Counted from the stretch's first letter, positions 16,364 through 26,383 are shown. The stretch: 64,000 nucleotides of DNA from Methanobacteriota archaeon (GCA_016874675.1 VGTL01000004.1:4949-68948); one strand, 5' to 3'. Numbers and translations are program-made. Notes: a model not told the origin generated them from the letters alone.

Positions 16364-17962
16364 ATGAAGACCAAGTTCGACAACCTCAAGATACGCTCCG
16401 GGGCCCGCGCCTCGACCAAGGCGCAGGAGCGGGCGCTCATCGAGAAGGCCGAGCGGCTCCGCAAGGACCCCGACCTCGCGTTCCCCAGGTGCGAGGGCTC
16501 CTGCTGGTTCTGCGACTTCAAGAGCGGCCGGCGCTCCTGCGAGAAGGTGCTGGACGCCGCTGAAGAAGAGAAGAAGCTCGAGCGGCTCGCCGAGTCGGGC
16601 AACGAGTTCGCCCGCGCCCTCGCCGGCACGCTGCTCCTGCGCAAGCAGGGAAAGGTGCCGTACCTCTTCGCGCTCAAGACGCCCTTCGGGGAGGTGGCCT
16701 ACGCCATCCGGGGCAGCGTCAAGAAGGAACGCCTCGTGATGATGCAGCACTTCGACCACCCCCGGGCAAAGCTCCTGGGCGTGGTCGACCTCGTGAGGGA
16801 CAAGAAGCTCCACATCTTCGCATTCGAGGACCGGATGGTGTGCACCGGCCGGGACCCGCGGCCGCCGGAGGGCTTCGTGGATTACCTCGTGGGGCAGCTC
16901 AAGACGCCCCTGGACAAGTACGGCCGAAACTACCTGTGCCGCCATCTGGCCGACACCAGGGCCGCAAAGCACATCGCGCCCCTTCCGCACCTGGAGATAT
17001 CCTGGAAGCCCGCCGGCGTGGCGCTGCGCCTTTGCGAGAGGTGCGCCCGGCCCGGGGAGAACACCCTGCTCTCGATGCTCACCTACATGGCGATACCCAA
17101 CCCGCGGCTGGAGTTCGACTTCAGCGCCAGGGGCGGCTTCGAGTGCGAGGGCAAGTGCGAGGGCTGCCGCATCCCGCAGGTCGAGATGGACCAAAAGACC
17201 AGGGAGAAGTACGTCCACGGGGAGCTTGACGACCGGGGGCTCATCGAGAAGCAGACCATCAAGGGCCTGCAGGCCATCCGGGAGGGCGGCGTCAAGGTCT
17301 ACATCCTGGGCCGCCGCTGCTTCGGCAAGGACCTGGACGCCTTCATCGACGCCCTGAACCCCAACGAGGAGGAGCGCATAGGGCTGACGACCGTGCTCAA
17401 GACCGTCAAGGGCCCGGTGGTCGTCGAGGGCGAGACCGCCGCGGCGATGCTCGAGAAGTTCTGGGAGGAGCACGGCGAGGCTGCCATGGAGGCGGTCTGC
17501 GGCGACCGGGAGGTGGCCTGCGGCCTCATGGAGAAGTACAGGGGCACCAAGATGGGCCCGTCCCAGCTCCTCAAGGAGGCCATCGCCTGCGTACGCCAAA
17601 AGGAGATCATCTCGCAGCTGCCGGTCTACGGGAAACTACCGGCGGTGGCGAAGTTCGCCGACGAGATGGCCCGCATCTACTTCACGCGGGGGAAGGAGGA
17701 CGCCGCCCGGGCGATAGGGGACTTCACCTCCGAGGACAGCGGGGTGAAGTCGACGGCGTACGCATTCCTGCTCGCGATGGGCATCGAGGCCAACAGGCAG
17801 TGGCAGTACATGGTCCACGAGCGGGAGTTCGCCGAGTACCTCCTGCCCGCCGCCAGGAAGTTCCTGGAATCGACCCCGGAGACCTACCACCAGAACCTCC
17901 AGGCGATGCTCTCCGCCACCGGCTCCACCGAGACCATTCCGGAGCCGAAGAGGAAATCATAA
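16364..17962 (+). CDS. Cys-rich hypothetical protein (532 aa)
   Basis: Good codon usage; CEGSCWFC, LCRH, CERC and CEGKCEGC clusters. Confidence 0.75.
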   Translation: MKTKFDNLKIRSGARASTKAQERALIEKAERLRKDPDLAFPRCEGSCWFCDFKSGRRSCEKVLDAAEEEKKLERLAESGNEFARALAGTLLLRKQGKVPYLFALKTPFGEVAYAIRGSVKKERLVMMQHFDHPRAKLLGVVDLVRDKKLHIFAFEDRMVCTGRDPRPPEGFVDYLVGQLKTPLDKYGRNYLCRHLADTRAAKHIAPLPHLEISWKPAGVALRLCERCARPGENTLLSMLTYMAIPNPRLEFDFSARGGFECEGKCEGCRIPQVEMDQKTREKYVHGELDDRGLIEKQTIKGLQAIREGGVKVYILGRRCFGKDLDAFIDALNPNEEERIGLTTVLKTVKGPVVVEGETAAAMLEKFWEEHGEAAMEAVCGDREVACGLMEKYRGTKMGPSQLLKEAIACVRQKEIISQLPVYGKLPAVAKFADEMARIYFTRGKEDAARAIGDFTSEDSGVKSTAYAFLLAMGIEANRQWQYMVHEREFAEYLLPAARKFLESTPETYHQNLQAMLSATGSTETIPEPKRKS

Positions 17963-18245
17963 CGCGCAAGGCGCAAGGCGCAAGGCGCGAGGCGCGAGGC
18001 GCAAGGCGCAAGGCGCAAGGGGCCGGAGCGGGGCAGCAAGGGATAATGGGAGCAAGGGAGAAAGGGAGAAAGGCAGCAAGGGGAGGGCCATCCACCCCTT
18101 CTGCCTCCGTAGGCGAGCTTCGCTCGCCTAGGCCGAGAAGGCCGCCGCAGCGGTCTTCTACGGTGCTCCCTTGCTGCCTTGCTGCCTTGCTGCCTTGCTG
18201 CCTTGCTGCCTTGCTGCCTTGCTCCCTTGCTGCCTTGCTGCCTTC
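17963..18245. repeat. Composite A+D element enclosing a structured core (18103-18166)
   Basis: GGCGCAA arm, GGCAGCAA arm, core, then (TTGCTGCC)n. Confidence 0.85.
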
Positions 18246-18344
18246 TGCCCACAGCAAATGGTAGGTACCACGCCACCATTATAAACCAGGAGCGACAGAG
18301 CCGTCCCCGATGTGCCAGGCGGGGAGGACGGCGGACGGGGTTTC

Positions 18345-18460
18345 GGGCAGGGTGCGGGGTGCAGGGGAAGGGGCAGCGGGCAGCGGCCAGCAGGGAGCGG
18401 GGAAGAAATGACGCCCGTCGTCCACCGCTCCCCGCTGCCCGCTCCCCGCTCCCCTTCCCC
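18345..18460. repeat. Family C element, (GGGCAGC)n...(GCTGCCC/GCTCCCC)n
   Basis: Inverted heptamer arms; right arm lies inside the next CDS if its ATG at 18408 is used. Confidence 0.7.
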
Positions 18461-18944
18461 CACAGCCTGCACCCTGCGTCGCGACAACCGCGCGGTCGGC
18501 GGGTTCTTCGAGGAGATCCCGGCGTTCGTCGTGGTGGTGCTGTCCGTGTCCCTATTCATGGTCGCGGCGGGAACGACGATAGGCATTATGGGGGACGACG
18601 GGGAGCTTTCGGGGTTGCAGGACCGGAGCGCGCGACTGTGCCGGGCGTTCCTTAGCTGCGAGGCCGTGCTCGAGCGGGGCGCCCTCTCGCAGGAGCCCCT
18701 GGCCGGCCGCCTCGACGCCGGAAAGCTGGACCGGCTCAACGACACGGCCCTGCGGGGGGAGCTCAACTCGCCCCACCCGTACAACCTGACCGTCCGGGAC
18801 CTCTCGTCGGGACGGGAATGGACCTTCGGGAGGCCCGTGCCCGACGGCGCCCCGCTGAAGGCGAGCGCGGCCTCGGCCGCCGTGGTCGAGTTAGACGACG
18901 GCCGCCGCGACCCGGCGCGCGTGGAGGTGGTGGTGTGGCGGTGA
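18408..18944 (+). CDS. Pilin-like protein with class III-like signal peptide
   Basis: RRDNRA|VGGFFEEIPAFVVVVLSVSLFMV; start uncertain. Confidence 0.65.
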   Translation: MTPVVHRSPLPAPRSPSPTACTLRRDNRAVGGFFEEIPAFVVVVLSVSLFMVAAGTTIGIMGDDGELSGLQDRSARLCRAFLSCEAVLERGALSQEPLAGRLDAGKLDRLNDTALRGELNSPHPYNLTVRDLSSGREWTFGRPVPDGAPLKASAASAAVVELDDGRRDPARVEVVVWR

Positions 18945-19468
18945 TGCTCCGGCGTCGCCGGCGGGGCCTGTCGGCCCTCTTCGACGCCGTCCTTTTCTTC
19001 ACCATCATTCTGGCCGCCACCGGAGCCCTGTTCTGGTGGGCGTCGGCGGCCCGGGCCGGCGCCACCGCGGACATCGCCACGCGCGACCTGGGCCGGGCCG
19101 CAGCGGACATCCAGTCCGCGGCGCTCGAGTGCACGGTCGGGCCCGTGGACTACTCGCTCGGGGGGCGGTCGCTCCTATTCACCGGAACGGTCTGCGAGTG
19201 CCTCGCTTTGATCGTCCGGTGCCGGAGCGCCGGCCCGGACAGCGGCACGGCCGGGCTGGAGGGGGCGGTCCGGCGCATATACGCCCTTCTCGTCGAAGAG
19301 CCCCTCCGCTTCGAGGTCCGGGCCTCGGCGGAGGGTCTCGTCCAAGACATCGTGATATCCGATGAGGGTGCTGGGCCGGGCGGCCCGGGAGAGGTCCGGT
19401 GGACCTGCTCCGTTCCGCTGGTTGTCAACGGTCTCGAGGGGGAGCTTGCGCTCCATCTTTGGAGGTGA
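18944..19468 (+). CDS. Pilin-like protein with class III-like signal peptide
   Basis: MLRRRRRG|LSALFDAVLFFTIILAATG; overlaps the upstream stop. Confidence 0.7.
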   Translation: MLRRRRRGLSALFDAVLFFTIILAATGALFWWASAARAGATADIATRDLGRAAADIQSAALECTVGPVDYSLGGRSLLFTGTVCECLALIVRCRSAGPDSGTAGLEGAVRRIYALLVEEPLRFEVRASAEGLVQDIVISDEGAGPGGPGEVRWTCSVPLVVNGLEGELALHLWR

Positions 19469-19472
19469 TGGA

Positions 19473-22400
19473 ATGGGATTTTGTTGGGCGAAGGACAGGT
19501 CCGGAAGGGTGCCGTTCTCGGTGATCGCGGTGGCCATCCTGGTCGGAAGCGTGGCGACCGGGGCCTACATGCACCAGGTCTCGACGACCTCCGGAGGGGG
19601 CCCGGGAAGGTCCGCCGGCCCCTCCCCGGACGCCATCGTGCCCCAGCTGCGGCTGGGGCTCGAGCAGGCCGCCGCCCGCTCCATGGCGGCGGCCGTGGAC
19701 CGGCAGACGGCCCCCGGCGTCGACGACGGCTCCCAGGGCCTCTGGCGTGTGGACCGGTCCTTCCGGGAGTTCTTCGGCCAGGAGATCGGCCGCGCCTGGA
19801 GCGGCAAGCGCTACGACCGGTACTGCCTTACCGTCGAGGCGGGCGATTTCGAGCTGCGGCTCGCCACGTTCCCGGCGACCCTGGGCGCCATCAACCGCCT
19901 CGGCATGGCCGTGAACATGACCGTCCCCGCCGGGTTCCGCGCCGGCGGCACGGTCAACTTCACCTTCACCACCGGCGGAGGCCAGCCGGTCCGCCGGGGC
20001 GTGGACTTCGCGGTGGAGATGCCCAGCTGGTACCCTCTGGCGCTCTTCCAGGCCGACCGGCTGAGGCGGGACTGCGTGAACGAGGGGCTCGTCGAGCTCC
20101 TGCTGCGTGAGATGCTCGGCGGCTTCCTGGACACCCATTTTGCCGAATTGCTCGCCCGGCGCAACGATGCCCGGCGGGCCTACCCAGAGAGCACCGTCAC
20201 GGTCGGCGACCTCTGGAAGAAGCGGGACCTCGACGAGCCGGTCCTCAACGCCGTTCAGCTCGCCCTGCTTGTCGAGGAGCAGACGCTCTTCGGCGGGCGC
20301 GGGGGCACGCTGGACTTCTACTACAACCTCACCCCGCACAGGCCGCTCGACGTGTCCGCGATGATGGACTACCCAAGGGGCGGCTTCTCCGGCTGCTCGG
20401 CGTTCTCCGCGGGCGAGGACGGGGGGCTTGAGCTGGATCTCGGGCCCTTCCACCACGGCCTGACCCTCTCATCGGTCGACGGCAAGGGCGCCGGGGCGCG
20501 CCTTTCGCCCTTCGTCGTCAGGTCCCTCTGGATCGTGCCTCCCCTCATCGAGCTCCGCAGGGCGACCTTCGCCGGGGAGGACGAGATGACGGACGTCTAC
20601 ATCCTCGAGGTGACGGTCAACGGCGTCTACCGGCTGATCGCCGGCCCCGACGGGGACCACCTGATGAGGCTGGACATCCCCCTCCACCTGCAGTTCACCA
20701 TGGACCACCGGATAGACGAGAGGGACCGATCGCGCTCCGAGGACGGGCGGCTCCACTGCGAGATCGAGGACCTCGGGCTTTTCTACAGGGAGTACGCCGG
20801 ATTGTACTCGACCCCGGTGAACCTCACGCTGGACATCGTCAACTCCTCCGGGGTACCTGCCCGCGGGATGGGCGCCGGGTGCAGCGTCGATCTCTCGCTC
20901 GACGGAGACTACCTGGGCACGTTCCGCGGGGGCGAGGCCGGGCCGGGCGGGCTCCTCCTCTGCCGCGTTCCGTCCGGCCCGCACGGGCTCTCCGTATTCT
21001 GGAGCGGCGGCGGCTCCGGCGGGAGCGAGCACGGCTCCGTCACGGTCGTGCTGGAGGGCGCCGACTCGGCGGTCCGGGTCCGCACCGAGCCGCGGCTTTC
21101 CACCTCCCCGTTCTGGACGCTGGCCCTGACCTACATCCGCGACGCTCCGGCGGAACAGAGGCTCACCCGGCTGGTGGAGTTCATATCCCTGCTTGCCGGC
21201 CACCAGCCCCCGGGCGACCCCGGCCACATGCCTCTGGCCACCGTTGAGAACGCCCGGTTCATGGAGATTTGGCTCGCGGGGCTTGAGGATTCCCTCGATT
21301 CCGCCCAGGCGAATCCGGACCTCGCCCCCGCCGCCGGAGCGGTGGTGCTCGAGGGCGCGCTCGCCGTGGTAAAGACTATCCGGGAGACGCTCCGGTGGAT
21401 GGAGAAGGTGGGCTCGGCGGTCGATGGCTACAACAGGCTGCACCCCGCCGCGCCGACCGGCGTGGAGCCGACCATCACCTACACGGGCCAGAACGGGGCG
21501 GAGTCGCTCGTCCTGCGGGCCGAGGGGGCGTTCGGCGGGGAAAGGCTCGCCCTGGAGCGACCCGCAGGCTCATCGGGCTGGAGCTCCTCCGGAACCGGCC
21601 GTGAGCCGGGCGCCGGGATGGGGAAGGCCGGGCCCGAGAGGCTCGGGGCGGCACTGGACATCGCGGTCACGGTCACGATGGTCTTTTCGGCATACGTCAA
21701 GTACGTGAAGTACGAGGCGACGGACGGCACGGACAAGGTCTCCGAGCGGGTGGACCTCGATCTGGAGGCCATCAAGCTGACATTGCAGGTCACGAGGGTC
21801 CTGGTGAAGCATGTGGCGAGGTCCTTCCTCGACAATCTCGCAATGGGCGCCAGCCTGGCGGGGAAGCTCGCCACAGCCCTCGGCGTCATCATCGCGGCCG
21901 TGACGGTCCTCCAGATGGTCTCGGAGGAGAGCCGCAAGTACCGCGGGGACGCCGCGGCCTGGAGCGCCCTTTTCACGGGCCTGGACCTGGACACCGCGGT
22001 GTTCCACCTCTCGCTGACCGCGCTGGCGCTGGGGGTGGCCGAGCTTTGCTTCATCTGCCTCAAGATGGCCGCGTTCGTCCCGGTGGTGGCGGCCCTGATG
22101 GCCGTGGTGGCCCTGGTGCTCATCGTGTGCATCATGGTGTTCGACTGGAACGCCTTCTCGACGTTCGTGTCCGGGACGCTCACGGACGGCGACCGCGACC
22201 GGATGGCCGGCTCAATCGAGCGCACCTTGCGCGACACGGCCGGGACGGTGGCCCGCCTCAACGAGTACCCGGCCGACGCCGAGATGCTCTCCGCCCGGCA
22301 GGCCCGGGGCACCGCCTCGCTCCTGGCGGGCATCGCCTCGTTCACGAGCGCCCGGCAGGTCTCGCTCGAGACGCGCAACCTGTCCCGGTACCAGTACGAC

Positions 22401-23606
22401 CTCGCCTGGGCCCGGGAGCACCAGGCCCGGGCGGTGCGGAGCCTCCGGTTCTTCAACATCGCCCTGTGGAAGCAGGTCGATGAGTTCGGCGGCCAGGCCC
22501 GGACCGCCCTCCATCCCCTCAGGGATCAAACCTGGGACAGCCGGATAACCATCACCTGGCCCAACGGCGACAGGTCGGGCATCGAGCTCGATTACATACA
22601 GGTCTTCCTGCTGGGCCTCAACACCACGTCCCTGAGGGACACAGGGATCGACTTCGAGATCACCGGCCGGGTGGTGGTGGACCGCCTGCCCTGCTGGACG
22701 GACCCGCTCTCCCGCATTGGGGACCAGGTGACGCTCTGGAGCGGGCGGCTCCGGGCGAGCCAGGAGATGAAGACCTTCCTCTACGGCCTGGACAGCGTCA
22801 GGTACCGCAACGACTGGGGGATGCTGGGCCTCAGGCTCTCCCCGACCTACCTCTCCTGCAACCTGGAGGTCACCTCCGGGGGCCCGTTCGATTACCAGGA
22901 CGGTGCGGAGGCCGGCCGCGCGCCCGTGCTGCGCAAGACACTCACCCCGTCCGAGGAGACCACCTATTTCTACGTCGAACCCGGCTCCTACACGCTCCGC
23001 TTTTCCGGCCAGGAGCCCCGCCACGAGCTGGGCTTGAAGAACAACCGCGCAACGGTCAAGGTGGTGGACCTGTACTCTCCCGACTTCGGAAAAAGCATCG
23101 TCGGCGTCAACCCGAGGCCGGAGCCCATCTACTTCCAGGTCAAAAACGGGTTCAAGGGCGGCGTGAGGGTCTCCGTGGACGTGATAGACAGCAGGAGCAG
23201 GGTCGTCGGCGCCCTGGGGACCGTCTTCGAGGACGGAAACGGCACCGCGCATGGCGGCAAGCAGTACATCGACGACGGCTGGGTGCCGGACTTCGACTTC
23301 GACGGCTCGATGTGGGGCGGTTCCCTGGACTGGATAAAGTCCCTGGCCCTGCGCATCCGCTTCACGGTCGGGCTGGACCGGGAGCGGGACGGCGAATACG
23401 AGCTCACACGCACCCGGACCGTCCACGTGAACGACATCCGCAACGACCATGTCGCCAGGATGCAATCGGAGGACGGCAAGCGCGACGACCAGCTCGGCTA
23501 CTACCTCACCATCCTCGACACGCCCTTCCGGCAGAAGATCGGCGAGGATGCCGAGGGCAACGACCTGATGCTGGAGCAGTACCTGAGGTGGGAGAAGATA
23601 GGGTAG
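19473..23606 (+). CDS. Large (~1377 aa) pilin-like/membrane protein
   Basis: KDRSG|RVPFSVIAVAILVGSV N-terminus; internal hydrophobic helices; beta-rich C-terminus. Confidence 0.75.
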   Translation: MGFCWAKDRSGRVPFSVIAVAILVGSVATGAYMHQVSTTSGGGPGRSAGPSPDAIVPQLRLGLEQAAARSMAAAVDRQTAPGVDDGSQGLWRVDRSFREFFGQEIGRAWSGKRYDRYCLTVEAGDFELRLATFPATLGAINRLGMAVNMTVPAGFRAGGTVNFTFTTGGGQPVRRGVDFAVEMPSWYPLALFQADRLRRDCVNEGLVELLLREMLGGFLDTHFAELLARRNDARRAYPESTVTVGDLWKKRDLDEPVLNAVQLALLVEEQTLFGGRGGTLDFYYNLTPHRPLDVSAMMDYPRGGFSGCSAFSAGEDGGLELDLGPFHHGLTLSSVDGKGAGARLSPFVVRSLWIVPPLIELRRATFAGEDEMTDVYILEVTVNGVYRLIAGPDGDHLMRLDIPLHLQFTMDHRIDERDRSRSEDGRLHCEIEDLGLFYREYAGLYSTPVNLTLDIVNSSGVPARGMGAGCSVDLSLDGDYLGTFRGGEAGPGGLLLCRVPSGPHGLSVFWSGGGSGGSEHGSVTVVLEGADSAVRVRTEPRLSTSPFWTLALTYIRDAPAEQRLTRLVEFISLLAGHQPPGDPGHMPLATVENARFMEIWLAGLEDSLDSAQANPDLAPAAGAVVLEGALAVVKTIRETLRWMEKVGSAVDGYNRLHPAAPTGVEPTITYTGQNGAESLVLRAEGAFGGERLALERPAGSSGWSSSGTGREPGAGMGKAGPERLGAALDIAVTVTMVFSAYVKYVKYEATDGTDKVSERVDLDLEAIKLTLQVTRVLVKHVARSFLDNLAMGASLAGKLATALGVIIAAVTVLQMVSEESRKYRGDAAAWSALFTGLDLDTAVFHLSLTALALGVAELCFICLKMAAFVPVVAALMAVVALVLIVCIMVFDWNAFSTFVSGTLTDGDRDRMAGSIERTLRDTAGTVARLNEYPADAEMLSARQARGTASLLAGIASFTSARQVSLETRNLSRYQYDLAWAREHQARAVRSLRFFNIALWKQVDEFGGQARTALHPLRDQTWDSRITITWPNGDRSGIELDYIQVFLLGLNTTSLRDTGIDFEITGRVVVDRLPCWTDPLSRIGDQVTLWSGRLRASQEMKTFLYGLDSVRYRNDWGMLGLRLSPTYLSCNLEVTSGGPFDYQDGAEAGRAPVLRKTLTPSEETTYFYVEPGSYTLRFSGQEPRHELGLKNNRATVKVVDLYSPDFGKSIVGVNPRPEPIYFQVKNGFKGGVRVSVDVIDSRSRVVGALGTVFEDGNGTAHGGKQYIDDGWVPDFDFDGSMWGGSLDWIKSLALRIRFTVGLDRERDGEYELTRTRTVHVNDIRNDHVARMQSEDGKRDDQLGYYLTILDTPFRQKIGEDAEGNDLMLEQYLRWEKIG

Positions 23607-23607
23607 G

Positions 23608-23858
23608 GAAGGCACAGGGCGCAAGGCGCGAGGCGCAAGGGCGGAGGGCAGGAGGGCGGGAAGGCAGCAAGGGAGCAAGGGAGCAAGGCAGCAAGGGAGC
23701 AAGGCAGCAAGGGAGCAAGGGGACGGCCGTCGTCCCTTGCTGCCTTGCTGCCTTGCTGCCTTGCTGCCTTCCCTTGCTGCCTTGCTGCCTTGCTGCCTTG
23801 CTGCCTTTCTGCTTTCGACCCTTGACCCTTCGCCCCTTGCGCCCTGCGCCTTGCCCCT
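23608..23858. repeat. Nested A(D[core]D')A' palindromic element
   Basis: Core GGGACGGCCGTCGTCCC at 23720-23736; between convergent genes. Confidence 0.9.
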
Positions 23859-23866
23859 TCTTCTTC

Positions 23867-24676
23867 TCAGACCCCCACCCACACGTTCCCGGCGATCTTG
23901 CGGATGGCCGAGACGGCCGAGAGCGCCGCAAGGTAGCTGGTCTTGGGGTTCTTCGGGGAGGGGACGTTGCGCACCTCGATCTCGAGCACCCCGAAGTCGC
24001 CCTTGACCAGGAGCTTGTGGATGTTGCGGTTGGTGTTGGGGTCGGCGATTATGCGCACCCGGGTCCGCTCGAAGCCGATGCCCGCCAGGCTCAGGGCGGC
24101 GGCCACGTTGATGTTTTGGGGGAAGTGCGTCACCGCCTCCGCAGCCGAGCCCTCGAAGAGGACGGTGGGCTTGACGATGGCGTTGAGGTTGATCTTGTGG
24201 TCCAGGACGTAGCTGCTCTGGCGGAACGCCTCCGGAGGCTTTATGGTGTTGAGCATGACCTCCTCTATCTTGGCGGTCGCGGCGGCGCAGACGCCGTCGA
24301 TGCCGGCGATGGCGCCCGAGGCGAGGTAGATCTTGCGGTGCCTGCGGCGGGCGATCTCCTCTATCCGCTCCCGGAAGGGCCGGTCCACGAGCGCCCCCAC
24401 GCTCAGGATGAGCACGCTCTTGCCCTTCTCCAGCGCCACCGGCGCGTACTTCTTGGCCGCCTCCTGGGAGGCCGCCTCGATGACCAGGTCGGAGCGCTCT
24501 ATTATCTCCACGATGTCTTCGAGGATCCGGCCCTTCTTGAGCGACCGGGCCAGCCCCTTCTCCATGCGCTTGGACCGGTCGTACAGGTAGATGGACTCGA
24601 TTTCGGGCATGTCCTCGACCATGCTCGCTATGGTCGACCCGATGGCCCCGCAGCCGATGAGCGCCAGTCTCACCAT
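23867..24676 (-). CDS. nadX: L-aspartate dehydrogenase
   Basis: LIGCGAIG, EAASQEA, SVGAL, SGAIAGIDG, FPQNINVAAALSLAG, NPKTSYLAALS. Confidence 0.92.
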   Translation of the reverse strand: MVRLALIGCGAIGSTIASMVEDMPEIESIYLYDRSKRMEKGLARSLKKGRILEDIVEIIERSDLVIEAASQEAAKKYAPVALEKGKSVLILSVGALVDRPFRERIEEIARRRHRKIYLASGAIAGIDGVCAAATAKIEEVMLNTIKPPEAFRQSSYVLDHKINLNAIVKPTVLFEGSAAEAVTHFPQNINVAAALSLAGIGFERTRVRIIADPNTNRNIHKLLVKGDFGVLEIEVRNVPSPKNPKTSYLAALSAVSAIRKIAGNVWVGV

Positions 24677-24758
24677 GGCCGCGAAATCGGAAAAGGGGGT
24701 ATTAAAGCGTTGCAGTGCCGGGGGCAACCTACTTATCCGGCGCGCAACATGGGCTCTT

Positions 24759-25508
24759 GTGGACGACCGGAGGGGCCTCGGCTCCAGGCTACTGATGGTG
24801 GAGGTGCTCGAATCGACCAACTCGGTCCTGAAGGAGATGGCCGAGGCGGGCGAGCCCGAAGGCACGGTGGTAGTGGCGGAGGAGCAGCGCGCCGGCCGCG
24901 GCCGCCTGGGCCGGGGCTGGGCGTCCCCCCGGGGCGGGCTCTGGTTCTCCGTGCTCCTGCGCCCGGAGGTTCCCCCGGCCGAGGCTCCGTCCCTGACACT
25001 GATGGCGGGCGTGGCCGTGGCGCAGGCCCTCAAGGCCCAGCTCGGGCTCGACGCCCGGCTCAAGTGGCCCAACGACGTTCTCGTGCGGGGGAAGAAGCTC
25101 TGCGGCCTGCTTGCGGAATCCCGGTCCGACGGGAGGCTGGAATATGTCATCCTGGGCATCGGGATAAACGCCAACTTCCTCCTGTCCGCCCTCCCGGAGG
25201 AGCTGCGCCGGACGGCCATCACCGTCAGGGAGATACTCCAGCGGCCGGTGGACCGCCTGGCCCTGATGCGGGCCATAATCAAGGAGCTGGACGCCGGCTA
25301 CAAGGCCTTCCGGGACGGGGGGATCGCCCCATTCCTCGAAAGATGGAGGGAGCTCTCCGAGACGCTGGACAGGGCCGTGCGCGTCGAGACCGCCACCGGT
25401 ATCGTACAGGGCGTCGCGGAGGACATCGACGCCACCGGGGCGCTGCGGGTCAGGACCCCCAATGGCCCCGTCACGGTCGGGTCGGGGGATTGCGTGCACC
25501 TGGACTAG
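24759..25508 (+). CDS. birA: Biotin--protein ligase
   Basis: STN, AEEQRAGRGRLGRGW, KWPNDV, KKLCGLL, GIGIN; GTG start inferred. Confidence 0.9.
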   Translation: MDDRRGLGSRLLMVEVLESTNSVLKEMAEAGEPEGTVVVAEEQRAGRGRLGRGWASPRGGLWFSVLLRPEVPPAEAPSLTLMAGVAVAQALKAQLGLDARLKWPNDVLVRGKKLCGLLAESRSDGRLEYVILGIGINANFLLSALPEELRRTAITVREILQRPVDRLALMRAIIKELDAGYKAFRDGGIAPFLERWRELSETLDRAVRVETATGIVQGVAEDIDATGALRVRTPNGPVTVGSGDCVHLD

Positions 25509-25599
25509 CCCGGGGGCCGGGACGAATCCGGGTGCCGGGAGCCGGGAGCCGGGAGCCGGGAACGACGCATCGTACCCGGCACCCGGCACCCGGCACCCT
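25509..25599. repeat. Family B palindromic element
   Basis: Core GGGACGAATCCGG at 25519-25531; (CCGGGAG)n and (CCCGGCA)n arms. Confidence 0.85.
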
Positions 25600-25648
25600 G
25601 TATCGCCGTCATGCATACTTTCATATCCCGCCCGGCCGATTCTGTGCC

Positions 25649-25954
25649 GTGACGGCATCGAACTGGGGCCTCATCGTAATGCTGGTCGGCTGGGCGCTCG
25701 TGCTGACCGGCGTGGCCTGCCTGGTGTACATCGCCTACTGCGGCCGGCGCAACGGCCGCGCCCTCGCCGCCGCCAGGGCCCGCCATGACAAGCTGGGCAG
25801 GAAGGAGAGGCTCGCGCGCCTTCGCCACCGCGACTTTCCCGCCTTCTGCCTCGAGGTCAACAACCTGCGCGCCCAGCGCAACGAGAAGCCCATACCCGTC
25901 GAGCTTTTGCGCAGGGTCCAGTTCAACCTGATGTACACGATAGACGAGGACTGA
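25649..25954 (+). CDS. Small single-pass membrane protein
   Basis: N-terminal TM GLIVMLVGWALVLTGVACLVYIAYC; start uncertain. Confidence 0.55.
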   Translation: MTASNWGLIVMLVGWALVLTGVACLVYIAYCGRRNGRALAAARARHDKLGRKERLARLRHRDFPAFCLEVNNLRAQRNEKPIPVELLRRVQFNLMYTIDED

Positions 25955-25958
25955 TGGC

Positions 25959-26366
25959 GTGAGCAGGATTGCCGGCGCGCTGGCGGTGGTGGGCGGGGCG
26001 ATGCTGGTCGTCGGGGGTTTCGTCTCGACTTCGGGCTCGACCCTGGAGAACGCCCGGGATGCGGTCAGCGCGTGGATGGGCGGAAGCGACCAAAACGGCA
26101 TGATCGTGACGGCCCTGACCGTAATGATCCACATCGCCCTGCTGGGCGGGTTCGCCGTGATACTGGGGGGCTACCTGATGTGGAAGGGGTTCGACATCGC
26201 CGGCAAGGTCTGCGTCTGGCTGGGCGCGGGACTGGGGGGGATGTCGCTGGTGGTGGCGGGGGTCGTGGCCTACGCCAGCGGAGGTTGGGGCGCCTTCGTC
26301 ACCTCCAGCATGACATTCGTCGGGATGGGGCTGGCGCTTTCCATCGCAGCGAGGAGGCTGGCCTGA
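25959..26366 (+). CDS. Hypothetical four-TM membrane protein
   Basis: Four hydrophobic segments; operon spacing with neighbours. Confidence 0.65.
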   Translation: MSRIAGALAVVGGAMLVVGGFVSTSGSTLENARDAVSAWMGGSDQNGMIVTALTVMIHIALLGGFAVILGGYLMWKGFDIAGKVCVWLGAGLGGMSLVVAGVVAYASGGWGAFVTSSMTFVGMGLALSIAARRLA

Positions 26367-26383
26367 GGACGAGGGGTGATATC

